From the IMG/VR virus record IMGVR_UViG_3300018875_000001: 64,000 nucleotides of DNA, one strand, 5' to 3'. The position numbers and the translations under genes are program-made. This document shows, piece by piece, positions 1 to 9,308 of this stretch. The DNA is from a virus. Numbering within the stretch: the stretch's first letter is position 1; the number at the start of each line of letters is the position of its first letter. The notes below the pieces were generated by a model that ran no database searches, was not told where the DNA came from, and saw only the letters and a list, made by a program, of their open reading frames with translations.

Positions 1-140
1 ATGAACAACCGATCCCCAATGTCATTATCGGAGATACCAATGGGGCACTTGCTACAGAAGTGGAAATGTATAATAATATGCCACCAACTGCTCAACCAAA
101 TGAATTAATCAATCAGTATATTCAAAATCATACTCAATAA
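1..140 (+). CDS. 3' end of an upstream CDS (partial), unknown function
   Basis: Frame-3 ORF open to the window edge, ending TAA 138-140 (...NELINQYIQNHTQ*). No start codon in the window. Confidence 0.35.
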   Translation, partial: EQPIPNVIIGDTNGALATEVEMYNNMPPTAQPNELINQYIQNHTQ

Positions 141-155
141 AGGATGGGATTTTAT

Positions 156-470
156 ATGTACAATACTCAATTTGTGGATATCGGATTTTCTAATTATGTG
201 GAAGTAAGCAAAATTTTGACAGTGAATCGTCCGGATTCTTCTCCAATCAAAAGAGTTATTCAACACGCAAAAGAAACAGGAAACTTTCTTGATTTAACAC
301 AAGGAAAAAAGACAAGAAGTATTATTACACAAAAAGGGGAAAATGGCATTGTCGTCACTGCTTCCGCCGTACAAACAACTACCATTATTGATCGTATTCG
401 TCGCTCGCAGCAAGCTAAAGAAGTAGTCGAAAAAGTATCCGACGAAATCGTAGAAACTACAGTCGAATAA
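156..470 (+). CDS. RemA/DUF370-like small DNA-binding regulator homolog
   Basis: ORF 144-470; ATG 156 follows AAAGGATGGG. The first ~75 aa match the RemA/YlzA pattern (IGFxN...V.RPDSSPIKRVIQHAKETGNFLDLTQGKKTRS...SAVQ). An extra acidic C-terminal tail follows. Confidence 0.7.
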   Translation: MYNTQFVDIGFSNYVEVSKILTVNRPDSSPIKRVIQHAKETGNFLDLTQGKKTRSIITQKGENGIVVTASAVQTTTIIDRIRRSQQAKEVVEKVSDEIVETTVE

Positions 471-490
471 CATAAAGAGGAGGACATACC

Positions 491-1981
491 ATGTGCCAAG
501 GCATACACGTTCATGTACATAGTGAAGAAAGTTTGCTTGACGGATTATCAACTGTCAAACAGCTTGTTGCTAAAGCCAAAGCACTTGGACATATTGCTTT
601 AGGGCTTACCGATCATGGTGTGTGTGGAGCTATACCGGATTTTATTTCTGAGTGTCAGAAACAGGGTATTAAACCTATTCCGGGATGCGAGGTATACATG
701 ACCAAAAATCGTTTAATCAAAGGAAAAGAACTAGAAGAAATGCGTATCAAACTTTGCACCAAATACAAAATTACAGATCATAAAGGCAAGCCTAAGATGA
801 AATTACTCCAAGATTTTCTTCGAAAAGTAGAAAAGAATTATGCTTGCTTTGAAGAAGAGGCTCGCATCCTATTAAAAGACTATCTCATGTCAAGTGACCC
901 TGAACCCAAGGAGGAGTCACTTGATTTATTTTCCATCTATGAAATAGATTTTAATGAACCTCTAGAAGCGAAAAAAGCTCCCGATACTGTTGAAGAAAAA
1001 ATAGAAGCTTTTAAAAAAGAAGTGTTTCACTACCTTGACTATGGTAATTTTCACATGGTGTTACTTGCCATGAATAATCAAGGACTGGAGGATTTATATG
1101 AGATTGTTTCTGATGCTCATATTAATGGCTTCTATTCTGATCCTCGTACCGACCTTGATTTTATTCGAGAAAGAGGTCTGGGCAGGAATCTTATTGCTAC
1201 TTCAGCCTGTCTTGGGAGTTATTTTAGTCAGCTCTGTTTGGCAGGAAGAATTGAAGAAGCGAAACAACATATTTTAGAATGCAAAGAAACCTTTGCACAT
1301 TTTTATTTAGAAAAACAGGCTACCTCTATCCCCGAACAACTTTATATTAACCAAATCATTGATCAATTAGCCGTTGAAACCAATACACCGAAAATTCTCA
1401 CCACAGACGTACACTATGCCAATAAAGAAGACAATCACATTCATGATATCCTTGTTACATCTTCTATTGGTAAGTGTATCTCTGATGAAAACCGTATGAA
1501 ATACGCCCATGAATTCTGGATGAAAAATGACGAAGAAATGATGGAAAAATGTTACGATCCAGAAGCATGGGGGAATACACTAAAAATTGCTGAAATGGTC
1601 AATGTTTCCTTACCGAAGGAGCCATTATTTCCAAAATTCTTGATTGAAGGAAATGAAACGGCTGATGAACTATTGAGAAAGAAAGCATGGAACGGTTTAT
1701 TCGAAATGGCATTAACCGAAGATATTGATATTCAAGAATACTCTCGAAGACTCCAATATGAACTGGATGTTATTTGTACAGAAGGATTTTCAGATTATTT
1801 CTTGATTACCGAAGATAAAATGAGAGCCACAAATGAAGCCGGCTTTTTAACAGGTCCGGGGCGTGGTTCGGGTGCAGGCTCACTCGTATGTCGATGCCTC
1901 AAAATTACTGCACTGGATCCGATTAAAGAAAACCTACTATTTGAGCGTTTCCTAAATCCAGAACGTGCTGGATATCCTGAT
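491..1981 (+). CDS. dnaE: DNA polymerase III alpha subunit (DnaE-type), exon 1 (PHP domain to start of the palm)
   Basis: SD GAGGAGG. PHP motif HVHVHSEESLLDG...LTDHG. Ends ...FERFLNPERAGYPD and then reads into a stop at 2003-2005. The conserved PDxDxDF motif is completed only by exon 2 (LDIDYSY). Confidence 0.85.
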
Positions 1982-2018
1982 TGGCTAACAAAATTTGTAG
2001 CGTAATGCATTTCATTTT

Positions 2019-2061
2019 CCTATCAATAATGATACAATAGATATAGATTATTGATAGGAGG
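2019..2061 (+). promoter_or_regulatory. 12-bp perfect stem (CCTATCAATAAT/ATTATTGATAGG) overlapping the SD of the intron endonuclease gene
   Basis: Arms at 2019-2030 and 2047-2058. The 3' arm runs into AGGAGG (2056-2061), 8 nt before ATG 2070. Confidence 0.4.
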
Positions 2062-2069
2062 AAGCAATA

Positions 2070-3008
2070 ATGGGGAAACTTTATACGTATGATATTATCT
2101 GTGAAACATGTGGAGAAACTGTAACTGTTACACGTTCAAGAAAAAATTCGAGATATTGCTCTAAATCGTGTGCATCCAAAGCGCCTCGAAAATACAAAAA
2201 CATCAACGAACAAGAAATTATTGATATGTATCAAAACGGATTATCCTTACAAAAGATTGAACAACAAACAAGCATCAAGATAGAGAAAATAAGAAAGATC
2301 ATTCATCAAATAGGAATTATGAGAAGCAATAAAGAAAACTCTCGCAAATATCATATTAATCATGATTATTTTGAAACGATTGATACTGAACACAAAGCAT
2401 ATTGGCTTGGATTTATATATGCTGATGGATATATTGCAAAAAGAAAGGGTAATCAAAAATGCATCGGTATTGCATTATCAAGAAAAGATGAAGATCATAT
2501 AAAAAATTTCTTGTTCGACGTTGATTCTAATTATGTAATTAGACAGTATACAGGAACAACTCCAGATGGAAAAGATTTTGAATATTCAAGAGTGATTATT
2601 ACATCTGATAAAATGTTCGATGATTTATTGAATAAAGGAGTTGTCGAACACAAAACATTGGTTCTTCAATTTCCTTCATTCGAAATTGTCCCAAAAACTT
2701 TAATGCATCATTTTATCAGAGGATACTTTGATGGTGATGGATCATTCTCAAAATGCATAGAAGGATATACTCTTCCATATAAAGTGAGAATCTGTGGAAC
2801 AAAAGAGTTTCTTCAAGGCATTGAGAATTTTATTGGAATCAAAGGGAATTACAGTAAACGTCATAAAGATGATAAGAATAATTGGACATTAGAATACTCC
2901 AATAAAGAAGATATCCTTCAATTTGCTAATACCATTTACGAATATTGCACAATCTGCTTAAACAGAAAATATCAACGCTACAAAGAAATGTTGGATCAGT
3001 CGTCCTAA
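2070..3008 (+). CDS. LAGLIDADG-family homing endonuclease (double motif) with N-terminal Cys-rich/HTH region
   Basis: Two LAGLIDADG-type motifs: YWLGFIYADGYI and FIRGYFDGDGSF. N-terminal CxxC...CxxxC. Lies inside the intron. Paralog of the ORF at 32258-33067. Confidence 0.8.
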   Translation: MGKLYTYDIICETCGETVTVTRSRKNSRYCSKSCASKAPRKYKNINEQEIIDMYQNGLSLQKIEQQTSIKIEKIRKIIHQIGIMRSNKENSRKYHINHDYFETIDTEHKAYWLGFIYADGYIAKRKGNQKCIGIALSRKDEDHIKNFLFDVDSNYVIRQYTGTTPDGKDFEYSRVIITSDKMFDDLLNKGVVEHKTLVLQFPSFEIVPKTLMHHFIRGYFDGDGSFSKCIEGYTLPYKVRICGTKEFLQGIENFIGIKGNYSKRHKDDKNNWTLEYSNKEDILQFANTIYEYCTICLNRKYQRYKEMLDQSS

Positions 3009-3294
3009 TAAGAAACTATTAGGATTATCACTCGGTGAATTGCTGGAAACTCCTTAGAGCCTTATACACCACAACGTAGTTGGAAACGACAAGCGTGATG
3101 GTTTGAAAAGTATAAGGATTGGACAATCAGCAGCCAAGCTCCTAAGTCACAAGATATGGAGAAGGTTCAACGACCATCCCGTGGGAGGGAGTAGGGCAAA
3201 TGCCCGAAGTGCCGAGCACCCAAACCGTTAAGGTCGGTGGGTGAAGATATGGTCTATTCCCTATACAAATATGTCGAAAGACAGGGTATCAAAG

Positions 3295-3975
3295 CTCGAT
3301 ATTGATTACTCATATGATGGAGCACGATGGGTACAAATGTACTTAAAAGAAAAATACGGGCATGATAAAGTTGCACAAATTGGAACCAAAGGAACGTTAG
3401 CAGCAAGAGCCGTCATCCGTCGTGTCGGAAAAACATTAGGATTAGAAAACGCCACAGTGGATGCTTTTGCAAAATCGATTCCTTCCCGTCCTGGTATTAC
3501 ATTAAATGAGGCTTATGCTGAAGAACCAATGGTACAGCAATATGCACAAACTTATCCGCAGTGGTGGGAAGCGGCAAAAGCATTAGAAGGTCATATTAGT
3601 CAAGTCGGAGTTCATGCCGGAGGAATTGTCTTATCTCCTGTTCCTCTCACCAAAGTCACTCCACTTCGCTTGGATAGTGAAGGACTTGAAACAACCCAAT
3701 ATGATATGAAGTGGATTGAAAAATTCCTCGTCAAATTTGATATTTTAAAACTCGATACGCTGGACTTGATTAAAAAGACGATGGAGTTTGCAGGTATTTG
3801 GGGAACGATGGATCCGTATCGAGATATTGATGTTAATGATCCAAACATCTATAAAAATGTGTATAATCAACTCAATTTATCTGGTATCTTCCAGTGTGAA
3901 TCCGATCTGTTTCGAAAAATTATTAATGATATGAAACCCAACTCTTTTGCTGATATTTCGGTTATTGTTGCCCTT
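3295..3975 (+). CDS. dnaE: DNA polymerase III alpha subunit, exon 2
   Basis: Begins LDIDYSYDGARWVQMYLKEKYGHDKVAQIGTKGTLAARAVIRRVGKTLG (palm/catalytic Asp region). Ends ...FADISVIVAL(N) just before the conserved RPGP, which is found at 5387. The 3' boundary is uncertain by about 4 nt. Confidence 0.8.
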
Positions 3976-4256
3976 AACTAATCCGGTCAATCGGGGGCAA
4001 CATTAAAAAAGCGGGTTATATGCTGGAACACCCTAAAGCCTACGGTACGCATAGCGTAACAATCCGTATGGATGTAACAATGGGCAACCAGCAGGGAAGG
4101 GTAGCTCGAAACCCACCCTCAGAGACTGGGAGAATATCTCCGCTTATGGAAGGTAACGACCATAAGCAACCCCGCTAGGATTGCTGTGAAGCAAACCGAA
4201 TGATACAGTCCGACCTCTAGTGAAAGCTAGAGAGCTAGGCAGAAATGACCTAGCCA

Positions 4257-5333
4257 TTATGACAAACAGGTTGACAACATATGAATTAATTCAAGGCGCT
4301 TATAAGGAGTCCAATATGGAATAGCAAGGTATTTGTAACCATGTTGCAGCAACAATTCCTTTTTAATCTGATCACGTTGTTGAATTTTTAACAAGTCATC
4401 TTCACCGTTAGGATGATATTTCTCATACAAGTGGTAATGTTGCTCACCATGGTATTCAACACAAAGCTTATATTCTTCATAAAAAGCATCCACATAAAGA
4501 TGTTTACCAGTTGCAGAATTAATCAAGAAATCAAAAGTCTTTTCAGTAACCATTGGTGTATCTAAAATAGATGAAATCATTTTAAAGTAATATTGAGCAG
4601 TTCGATTTTCCTTTGTATAGTTTGCAGGAACACCGGCAAGCTCACACGCTTTGACAAATCCGAATCGGCGTTTATAAGTTTCACTAGAAAACTTCGATTC
4701 AGCATCCACTAATGATTGAGATACAAAACCAAAATCGTTGTAAAGATTTCTTAATTCTTGCAGCAATTCCTCATCTGGTATGTTTTGTGGATTTGCAATT
4801 GAACAACCTGCTTTTTCAAAAGCATTGTTCCATGATTTGAATAAACGATAAATAACATTTTGCGAATATTTACCTTGCTTTAAATAAAGCTCCTTAGTAA
4901 TGCGACCATTAGTTTGAAAGACTGATTGAATATCAGCAATTACTTCATCTTCTGTGTAAATCGTTTTTTTACAAGCACTTGCAGGATTTTGTTGATCACT
5001 AATTGGAACACCGGCTTCACTATAAGCTAAATACACAGAAGCAAATTCTCTTTTAAAAGTATCGTATTTCCATTTTCCATAAGTATTAATAATAGCTTGA
5101 GTGACCTTGCCATGTTCCTTATATAATCGTTGAATTTCAGTAATCAATGATTCACGAGTAGGTTTAATATCTTCTCCTGTAAGAGCTTTAGTAAAATGAG
5201 AAATGCCACCAAACTTTTTAAGTTGATAATACGTGTAACGAGAATGATTCATATAAATCTGTTTGGTGACTTTCCCGTATTCTTTGTAAAGTCTTTCAAA
5301 ATCATTTAATAATTGCTCATATGTTACGTCCAT
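4257..5333 (-). CDS. Homing-endonuclease-like protein: four ~40-aa HE-associated repeats plus a C-terminal Vsr/DUF559-like PD-(D/E)XK nuclease domain
   Basis: Four repeats of the type ...YKEHGKVT....Y.....F.R.F.SW..A...AG. (for example RLFKSWNNAFEKAGC). C-terminus LYVDAFYEEYKLCVEYHGEQHY...QQRDQIKKELL. SD AAGGAGGAA. Encoded antisense to the intron. Confidence 0.65.
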   Translation of the reverse strand: MDVTYEQLLNDFERLYKEYGKVTKQIYMNHSRYTYYQLKKFGGISHFTKALTGEDIKPTRESLITEIQRLYKEHGKVTQAIINTYGKWKYDTFKREFASVYLAYSEAGVPISDQQNPASACKKTIYTEDEVIADIQSVFQTNGRITKELYLKQGKYSQNVIYRLFKSWNNAFEKAGCSIANPQNIPDEELLQELRNLYNDFGFVSQSLVDAESKFSSETYKRRFGFVKACELAGVPANYTKENRTAQYYFKMISSILDTPMVTEKTFDFLINSATGKHLYVDAFYEEYKLCVEYHGEQHYHLYEKYHPNGEDDLLKIQQRDQIKKELLLQHGYKYLAIPYWTPYKRLELIHMLSTCLS

Positions 5334-5367
5334 ATATAATTCCTCCTTAAAAGAACCTGTTTGTTAT

Positions 5368-5376
5368 ATTGTAACA
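5368..5376 (-). promoter_or_regulatory. Extended -10 element (TGTTACAAT) for the antisense endonuclease gene
   Basis: Minus strand reads TTTTATGTTACAATATAAC...AAGGAGGAATTATAT-ATG. Lies in the last ~20 nt of the intron. Confidence 0.35.
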
Positions 5377-5385
5377 TAAAAGCGG

Positions 5386-6742
5386 TAGACCAGGACCTTT
5401 AGATCTAATTCCTACATATGTTGCTCGCAAATGGGGAAGAGAAAAAGTCACTTATCCATTTCTAGAGTTAGCACCAGTACTTGAAGAAACATATGGAGTT
5501 TGGGTATATCAGGAGCAGCTTATGAGAGCTTCACAGATTTTAGGTGGACTGACACTAGGACAAGCTGACATGATTCGTAAGGGAGTTGCTAAGAAAAAAT
5601 TTGATTTAATGAACCGATGGATTGATCTCATGATTTACGGCAGCGAGGAGTATAAACGTCGTCATGCTCAATTAGTCAATCAATATCCGTTAGATGCGGA
5701 AGGAAAATCCACCGTACCACTTAACGAAGAAGGAAAACCTGCCTTATGGGTCGATTATGAGTACGAGCAAGTTCCTGATGTAGAAGGGGCCATTGCTCGT
5801 GGATTTGATGAACCAACCTTGCTCAAAATTAAAGCCGACTGGATTAAGTTCGGTAATTACTGTTTCAATAAAGCCCACTCAGCGGCATATGCCTTTTTAT
5901 CATGCATTACCGCATGGTTAAAATGCTACTATCCTGTTGAATTTATGGCTGCTTTATTAACCATGGCAGAAGGAAAGAAAGATAAAAACGGAAATCCAAA
6001 AACCATTCACTACATGAAAGAATGTGAAGAAATGGGAATCCGTATTTTGTCTCCTGATATTAATCAATCCATGTCTGGCTGGACTCCAATTTCCTATAAT
6101 GAGATCCAATACGATAATCAGAATCGACCATGTATCGGTGAAATTCGCTATGGTCTAGCAAGTATTGGCGGTGTAAGTGAAGAATCTGTTGTAGAAATTA
6201 TTTTGCGTCGTTCGTATTCTTCCTTAGAAGATTTTATTGCCAAAGTCAACAGCACAAAAGTGAATAAAACCAAAGTAATAGCCTTAATTAAAGCGGGTTG
6301 TTTTGATTCCTTCACTCCTAATCGTAATCTTCTTCTTCGTAACTATTATCGATCCCGTGGTGAAGAGTATGAGCATATCCCAACAACTACAAACAAAGCT
6401 ACTATTCTTTCTTACGAGCGAGAAGTTTTCGGGACAGCCATTAGTATTCGTTCTCGATGGGAAAAAATCGAAGAAGGAGCTCAAACTCAACTCACCGGTC
6501 ATATTAATGAAATCGAATCCTGGAGAGCGAAAACAGGAAAAACCCATTTTACATTGGTGGTTGAAACACAGGAAGAACCAATCTTCGTTACGGTATGGGG
6601 TTATTTAATGGAAAAATATAAAAATGAACTTCAAATTGGAAACAAAGTCACCATTAAAGGGGAAAAATCGAAAAACAAGCTGATTGCAAAAACCGTCCAA
6701 CAACACGCCAATATGTATGAAGTAGATTTGCCTTCAGCATAG
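5386..6742 (+). CDS. dnaE: DNA polymerase III alpha subunit, exon 3 (fingers, beta-binding and OB-fold region)
   Basis: In-frame RPGPLDLIPTYVARKWGREK...YQEQLMRASQILGGLTLGQADMIRKGVAKKK...FNKAHSAAYA, the canonical DnaE motifs. The upstream frame is closed at 5372-5374. Confidence 0.85.
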
Positions 6743-6868
6743 GGAATGGATGCCGTCACTAAAAGAGGACGGTATCTGCACCTGTCTCCTTTACCTAAGC
6801 TCGTCTATTACTACTATATGTACCTCCCAAGACAAGTAGTACAAAAAAGAAAAAAACAGGAGGTCAAA

Positions 6869-7201
6869 ATGGAGCTCGTTCAACAATACTTACGGATGCA
6901 CTGGGCCTATTATTTTTGGATAGCCGACCAAGAACATACCATTTGGTATATTGTTCATCAAGGGATTACATTAGAACCTTGTCCTATTTATCTTAATACT
7001 TATAATGCTTCGATTCGAATGTTGAAGGAGCATTATGAAGAAATCACAGAACAAGCATATGGATGGCAAAATCGATACCCTAAAATTGTTCGTATGAATC
7101 AATTAAAAGAAGTGGAGGCCTTTGAAATGATTTGGAAAGGTGTCTCTTATGAAGATGATATCGTTATTATTCACTGTAAGGCGAAATGGATGACGGAGTG
7201 A
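6869..7201 (+). CDS. hypothetical protein
   Basis: ORF 6746-7201. Internal ATG 6869 is preceded by AACAGGAGGTCAAA. No motif recognised. Confidence 0.5.
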   Translation: MELVQQYLRMHWAYYFWIADQEHTIWYIVHQGITLEPCPIYLNTYNASIRMLKEHYEEITEQAYGWQNRYPKIVRMNQLKEVEAFEMIWKGVSYEDDIVIIHCKAKWMTE

Positions 7202-7408
7202 AAAAGTTATATGGATTTAGTAAAAATGTATTTAGAACAAACCGATAAAGAACAAAAATATAACCCATTAGGAAACCAACAAGGAATACTATCTTTTCAG
7301 GATACGCACGTTTTATTCCATTGAAATTCAGATGCACCATATACCAATGAGGAAAGAAGCATAGTAAACGTCATTTTTCGTTTAAAAGATGGATTTTTCA
7401 TCTAACCA

Positions 7409-7432
7409 TGTTATAATATGTAATGCATTACA
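7409..7432 (+). promoter_or_regulatory. Extended -10 promoter (TGTTATAAT) abutting the perfect palindrome TGTAATGCATTACA
   Basis: TG at 7409-7410, TATAAT at 7412-7417, 1 nt, then the palindrome at 7419-7432, about 20 nt upstream of the dUTPase SD. Confidence 0.55.
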
Positions 7433-7454
7433 AGAAACAGAAAGAGGGAATATT

Positions 7455-7970
7455 ATGGAGCTGACAATAGAATATCTAAAATATTATATCAAAGTGAATC
7501 AAGCCTTAAAAAATCAAAATCAATTATTTGTAAAGCTAATGAATACAGATGATCCTATTTTTATTCCATCAAAAAAATATCCAAGCGATGCCGGATATGA
7601 TTGTCGGGCTCGAATTGAAGAATCCATTACTTTGCAACCGGGAGAACGAGTTCGTATTCCACTTGGATTTGCTATAAATATTCCATTACACTATACAGGC
7701 GATTTACGTCCACGAAGCGGATTAACCTGGAATCACGGTATTATGGTAGGATATGGTACAATTGATCCGGGTTATACAGGAGAAGTGATGGCTACGATTT
7801 TTAATTTCAGCCAAGAACCTTTTACCATTCAACCAAAAGACCGTATTGCTCAATTAGTTATTTTGCCAACAATCCATAGCAATGATGAATTCATTACATT
7901 ACAACCAGTCAATGAATTAGTAGAACTAGACCGTGGAGACAAAGGACACGGAAGCACAGGAATCCAATAA
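7455..7970 (+). CDS. dut: dUTP diphosphatase (trimeric dUTPase family)
   Basis: Motifs PSDAGYDCRA, RPRSGL, GTIDPGYTGEV and C-terminal RGDKGHGSTG. SD AGAGGG before ATG 7455. Confidence 0.85.
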   Translation: MELTIEYLKYYIKVNQALKNQNQLFVKLMNTDDPIFIPSKKYPSDAGYDCRARIEESITLQPGERVRIPLGFAINIPLHYTGDLRPRSGLTWNHGIMVGYGTIDPGYTGEVMATIFNFSQEPFTIQPKDRIAQLVILPTIHSNDEFITLQPVNELVELDRGDKGHGSTGIQ

Positions 7971-7986
7971 GAAAGAAGTGAGCATC

Positions 7987-8082
7987 ATGAGTTTTGCGGA
8001 TTGGATCATAACTATTCTATGGTCTATATGTTTCATAAGAATCTGTATATACATTCAAAATCAAAAAACACCAAAGGAGTGA
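7987..8082 (+). CDS. 31-aa single-TM peptide (position suggests a holin-like or lysis accessory protein; speculative)
   Basis: MSFADWIITILWSICFIRICIYIQNQKTPKE*, ending 6 nt before the endolysin ATG. Below the ORF-track size cutoff. Confidence 0.25.
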   Translation: MSFADWIITILWSICFIRICIYIQNQKTPKE

Positions 8083-8088
8083 AAGAAT

Positions 8089-9168
8089 ATGGGTTTTCAA
8101 ATGAAATACCAAATTCAAAAACAATATCTTACTGCACCAAGTAAACGTCGCCCGGGAGTAGCAGTACCAGAAGTTCGATTTATTGTTGCGCACGACACCG
8201 GAAATCCGGGATCAACAGCAAAAGGAAATATTGGCTATTATGAACGCACTCACAACAGCATAAGTGCATCCGCTCATATCTTTGTTGATGACAAAGAAAT
8301 TATCGAATGTATTCCTTTCCTTACGGGGAAACCGGAGAAGGCATGGCATGTGCTCTATAATGTAACAACCGATAATCAAATGTATGGAGAAGATGCCAAT
8401 GATGTAGCACTAGGTGTAGAGCTTTGTTGGGGTCCTGGCATTAACTCTGAGGAAGCTTATAAACGTTACATCTGGGTATTAGCCTATGCTTGTTATAAGT
8501 TTCAATTAGATCCAACAAAAGCCATTGTTGGTCATGACGTACTGGATCCGGGTAGAAAGATTGACCCATCTAATGCACTAAAATATATGGGCAAAACGTA
8601 TCAGCAATTCCTAAAAGATGTAGTAAATGAGTATAACCGTTGTGTTGAGAAAACAGTCATCCAACCAGCTAAACCCCTTCAGGAAGATACGTATACCATT
8701 CAACCCGGGGATACATTCTGGAATATTGCTCAACGCATGAAAGATATTACAGTACAAGATTTAATTCGATGGAATCCAACTATTGATCCGTCTAATTTAC
8801 AAGTAGGACAAGTCATTTCCCTAAAGCCACCAAAAGAAAAAACGACGAAATCTACAACAAAAACGGATTCAAAAACCAATTCCAAGAAAACAGAAACTAA
8901 GAAAAATGAAACAAAAAAGAAAATCACACTCCCAAATAAAACCTTAAAACGAGGAGATCGTGGTAACGATGTACTAGCTGTCCAAAAAGCATTAGCTTCT
9001 CTTTCTTTCTATCCAGATAAAAATGCACCGAACTACGGGTGTGACGGCATATATGGTCCAAAAACAGAAAATGCTGTTTCCCGATTCCAATCTGTATACG
9101 TTGGAGATGTAGACGGCATTTACGGACCAAAAACAAAAGCAGCTTTAGAGAAGTTGCTCAATAAATAA
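8089..9168 (+). CDS. Endolysin: N-acetylmuramoyl-L-alanine amidase (amidase_2/PGRP) + LysM + PG_binding_1 domains
   Basis: Amidase_2-like N-terminus (FIVAHDTGNPGSTA...HDVLDP). LysM YTIQPGDTFWNIAQRM...LQVGQVISL. K/T-rich linker. C-terminal LKRGDRGNDVLAVQKAL...GIYGPKT x2. Confidence 0.85.
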   Translation: MGFQMKYQIQKQYLTAPSKRRPGVAVPEVRFIVAHDTGNPGSTAKGNIGYYERTHNSISASAHIFVDDKEIIECIPFLTGKPEKAWHVLYNVTTDNQMYGEDANDVALGVELCWGPGINSEEAYKRYIWVLAYACYKFQLDPTKAIVGHDVLDPGRKIDPSNALKYMGKTYQQFLKDVVNEYNRCVEKTVIQPAKPLQEDTYTIQPGDTFWNIAQRMKDITVQDLIRWNPTIDPSNLQVGQVISLKPPKEKTTKSTTKTDSKTNSKKTETKKNETKKKITLPNKTLKRGDRGNDVLAVQKALASLSFYPDKNAPNYGCDGIYGPKTENAVSRFQSVYVGDVDGIYGPKTKAALEKLLNK

Positions 9169-9308
9169 TACATTAGAAGGAGAAGTGAATCATGGCACTT
9201 ACTACCCAGGACATTTATATTTCTATCCCCCAAAAACCAAAAGGGGGACGAAAAGGAAAATAGATATGGAGGGGAAACCACCCAAATTTCATATAAGGTG
9301 GATATGAG

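Larger units (their letters stand above)
1982..3294 (+). mobile_element. Group I intron (phage IA-like) carrying a sense LAGLIDADG homing endonuclease gene
   Basis: Splits PD|LDIDY. The 5' exon ends in T (1981) and the intron ends in G (3294). The 3' core (3009-3294) contains GACAATCAGCAGCCAAGC...GAAGGTTCAACGACCATCCC...GTGAAGATATGGTCT, shared with the introns at 32045-33140 and 41758-42240. Confidence 0.8.
3976..5385 (+). mobile_element. Group I intron with the core at its 5' side and an antisense endonuclease gene in the 3' (P9-like) extension
   Basis: Separates ...VIVAL from RPGPLDLIPTYVARKWG. The 3980-4256 region carries core-like blocks (GGGCAACCAGCAGGGAAGG, GGAAGGTAACGACCATAAGC, GATACAGTCCGACC) parallel to the other three introns. 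Ends in G (5385). Exact splice sites were not resolved. Confidence 0.7.

Noticed and set aside
2001-2014. CGTAATGCATTTCA (also at 33115-33128 on the minus strand) resembles the TGTAATGCATTACA palindrome.
   Set aside because: Both copies lie ~20 nt into the two homologous LAGLIDADG introns, as part of a longer shared 5' intron sequence (TAACAAA..CGTAATGCATTTCAT). I attribute them to intron homology rather than to operator sites, although cross-recognition cannot be excluded.
491-6742. dnaE appears as three separate ORFs ending in stops (2005, 3981), which could be read as a pseudogene or three gene fragments.
   Set aside because: The fragments are collinear with full-length DnaE, and conserved motifs are completed exactly across the gaps (PD|LDIDY; VIVAL|RPGP). 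The gaps contain group I core sequences and homing endonuclease genes. I interpret them as introns.
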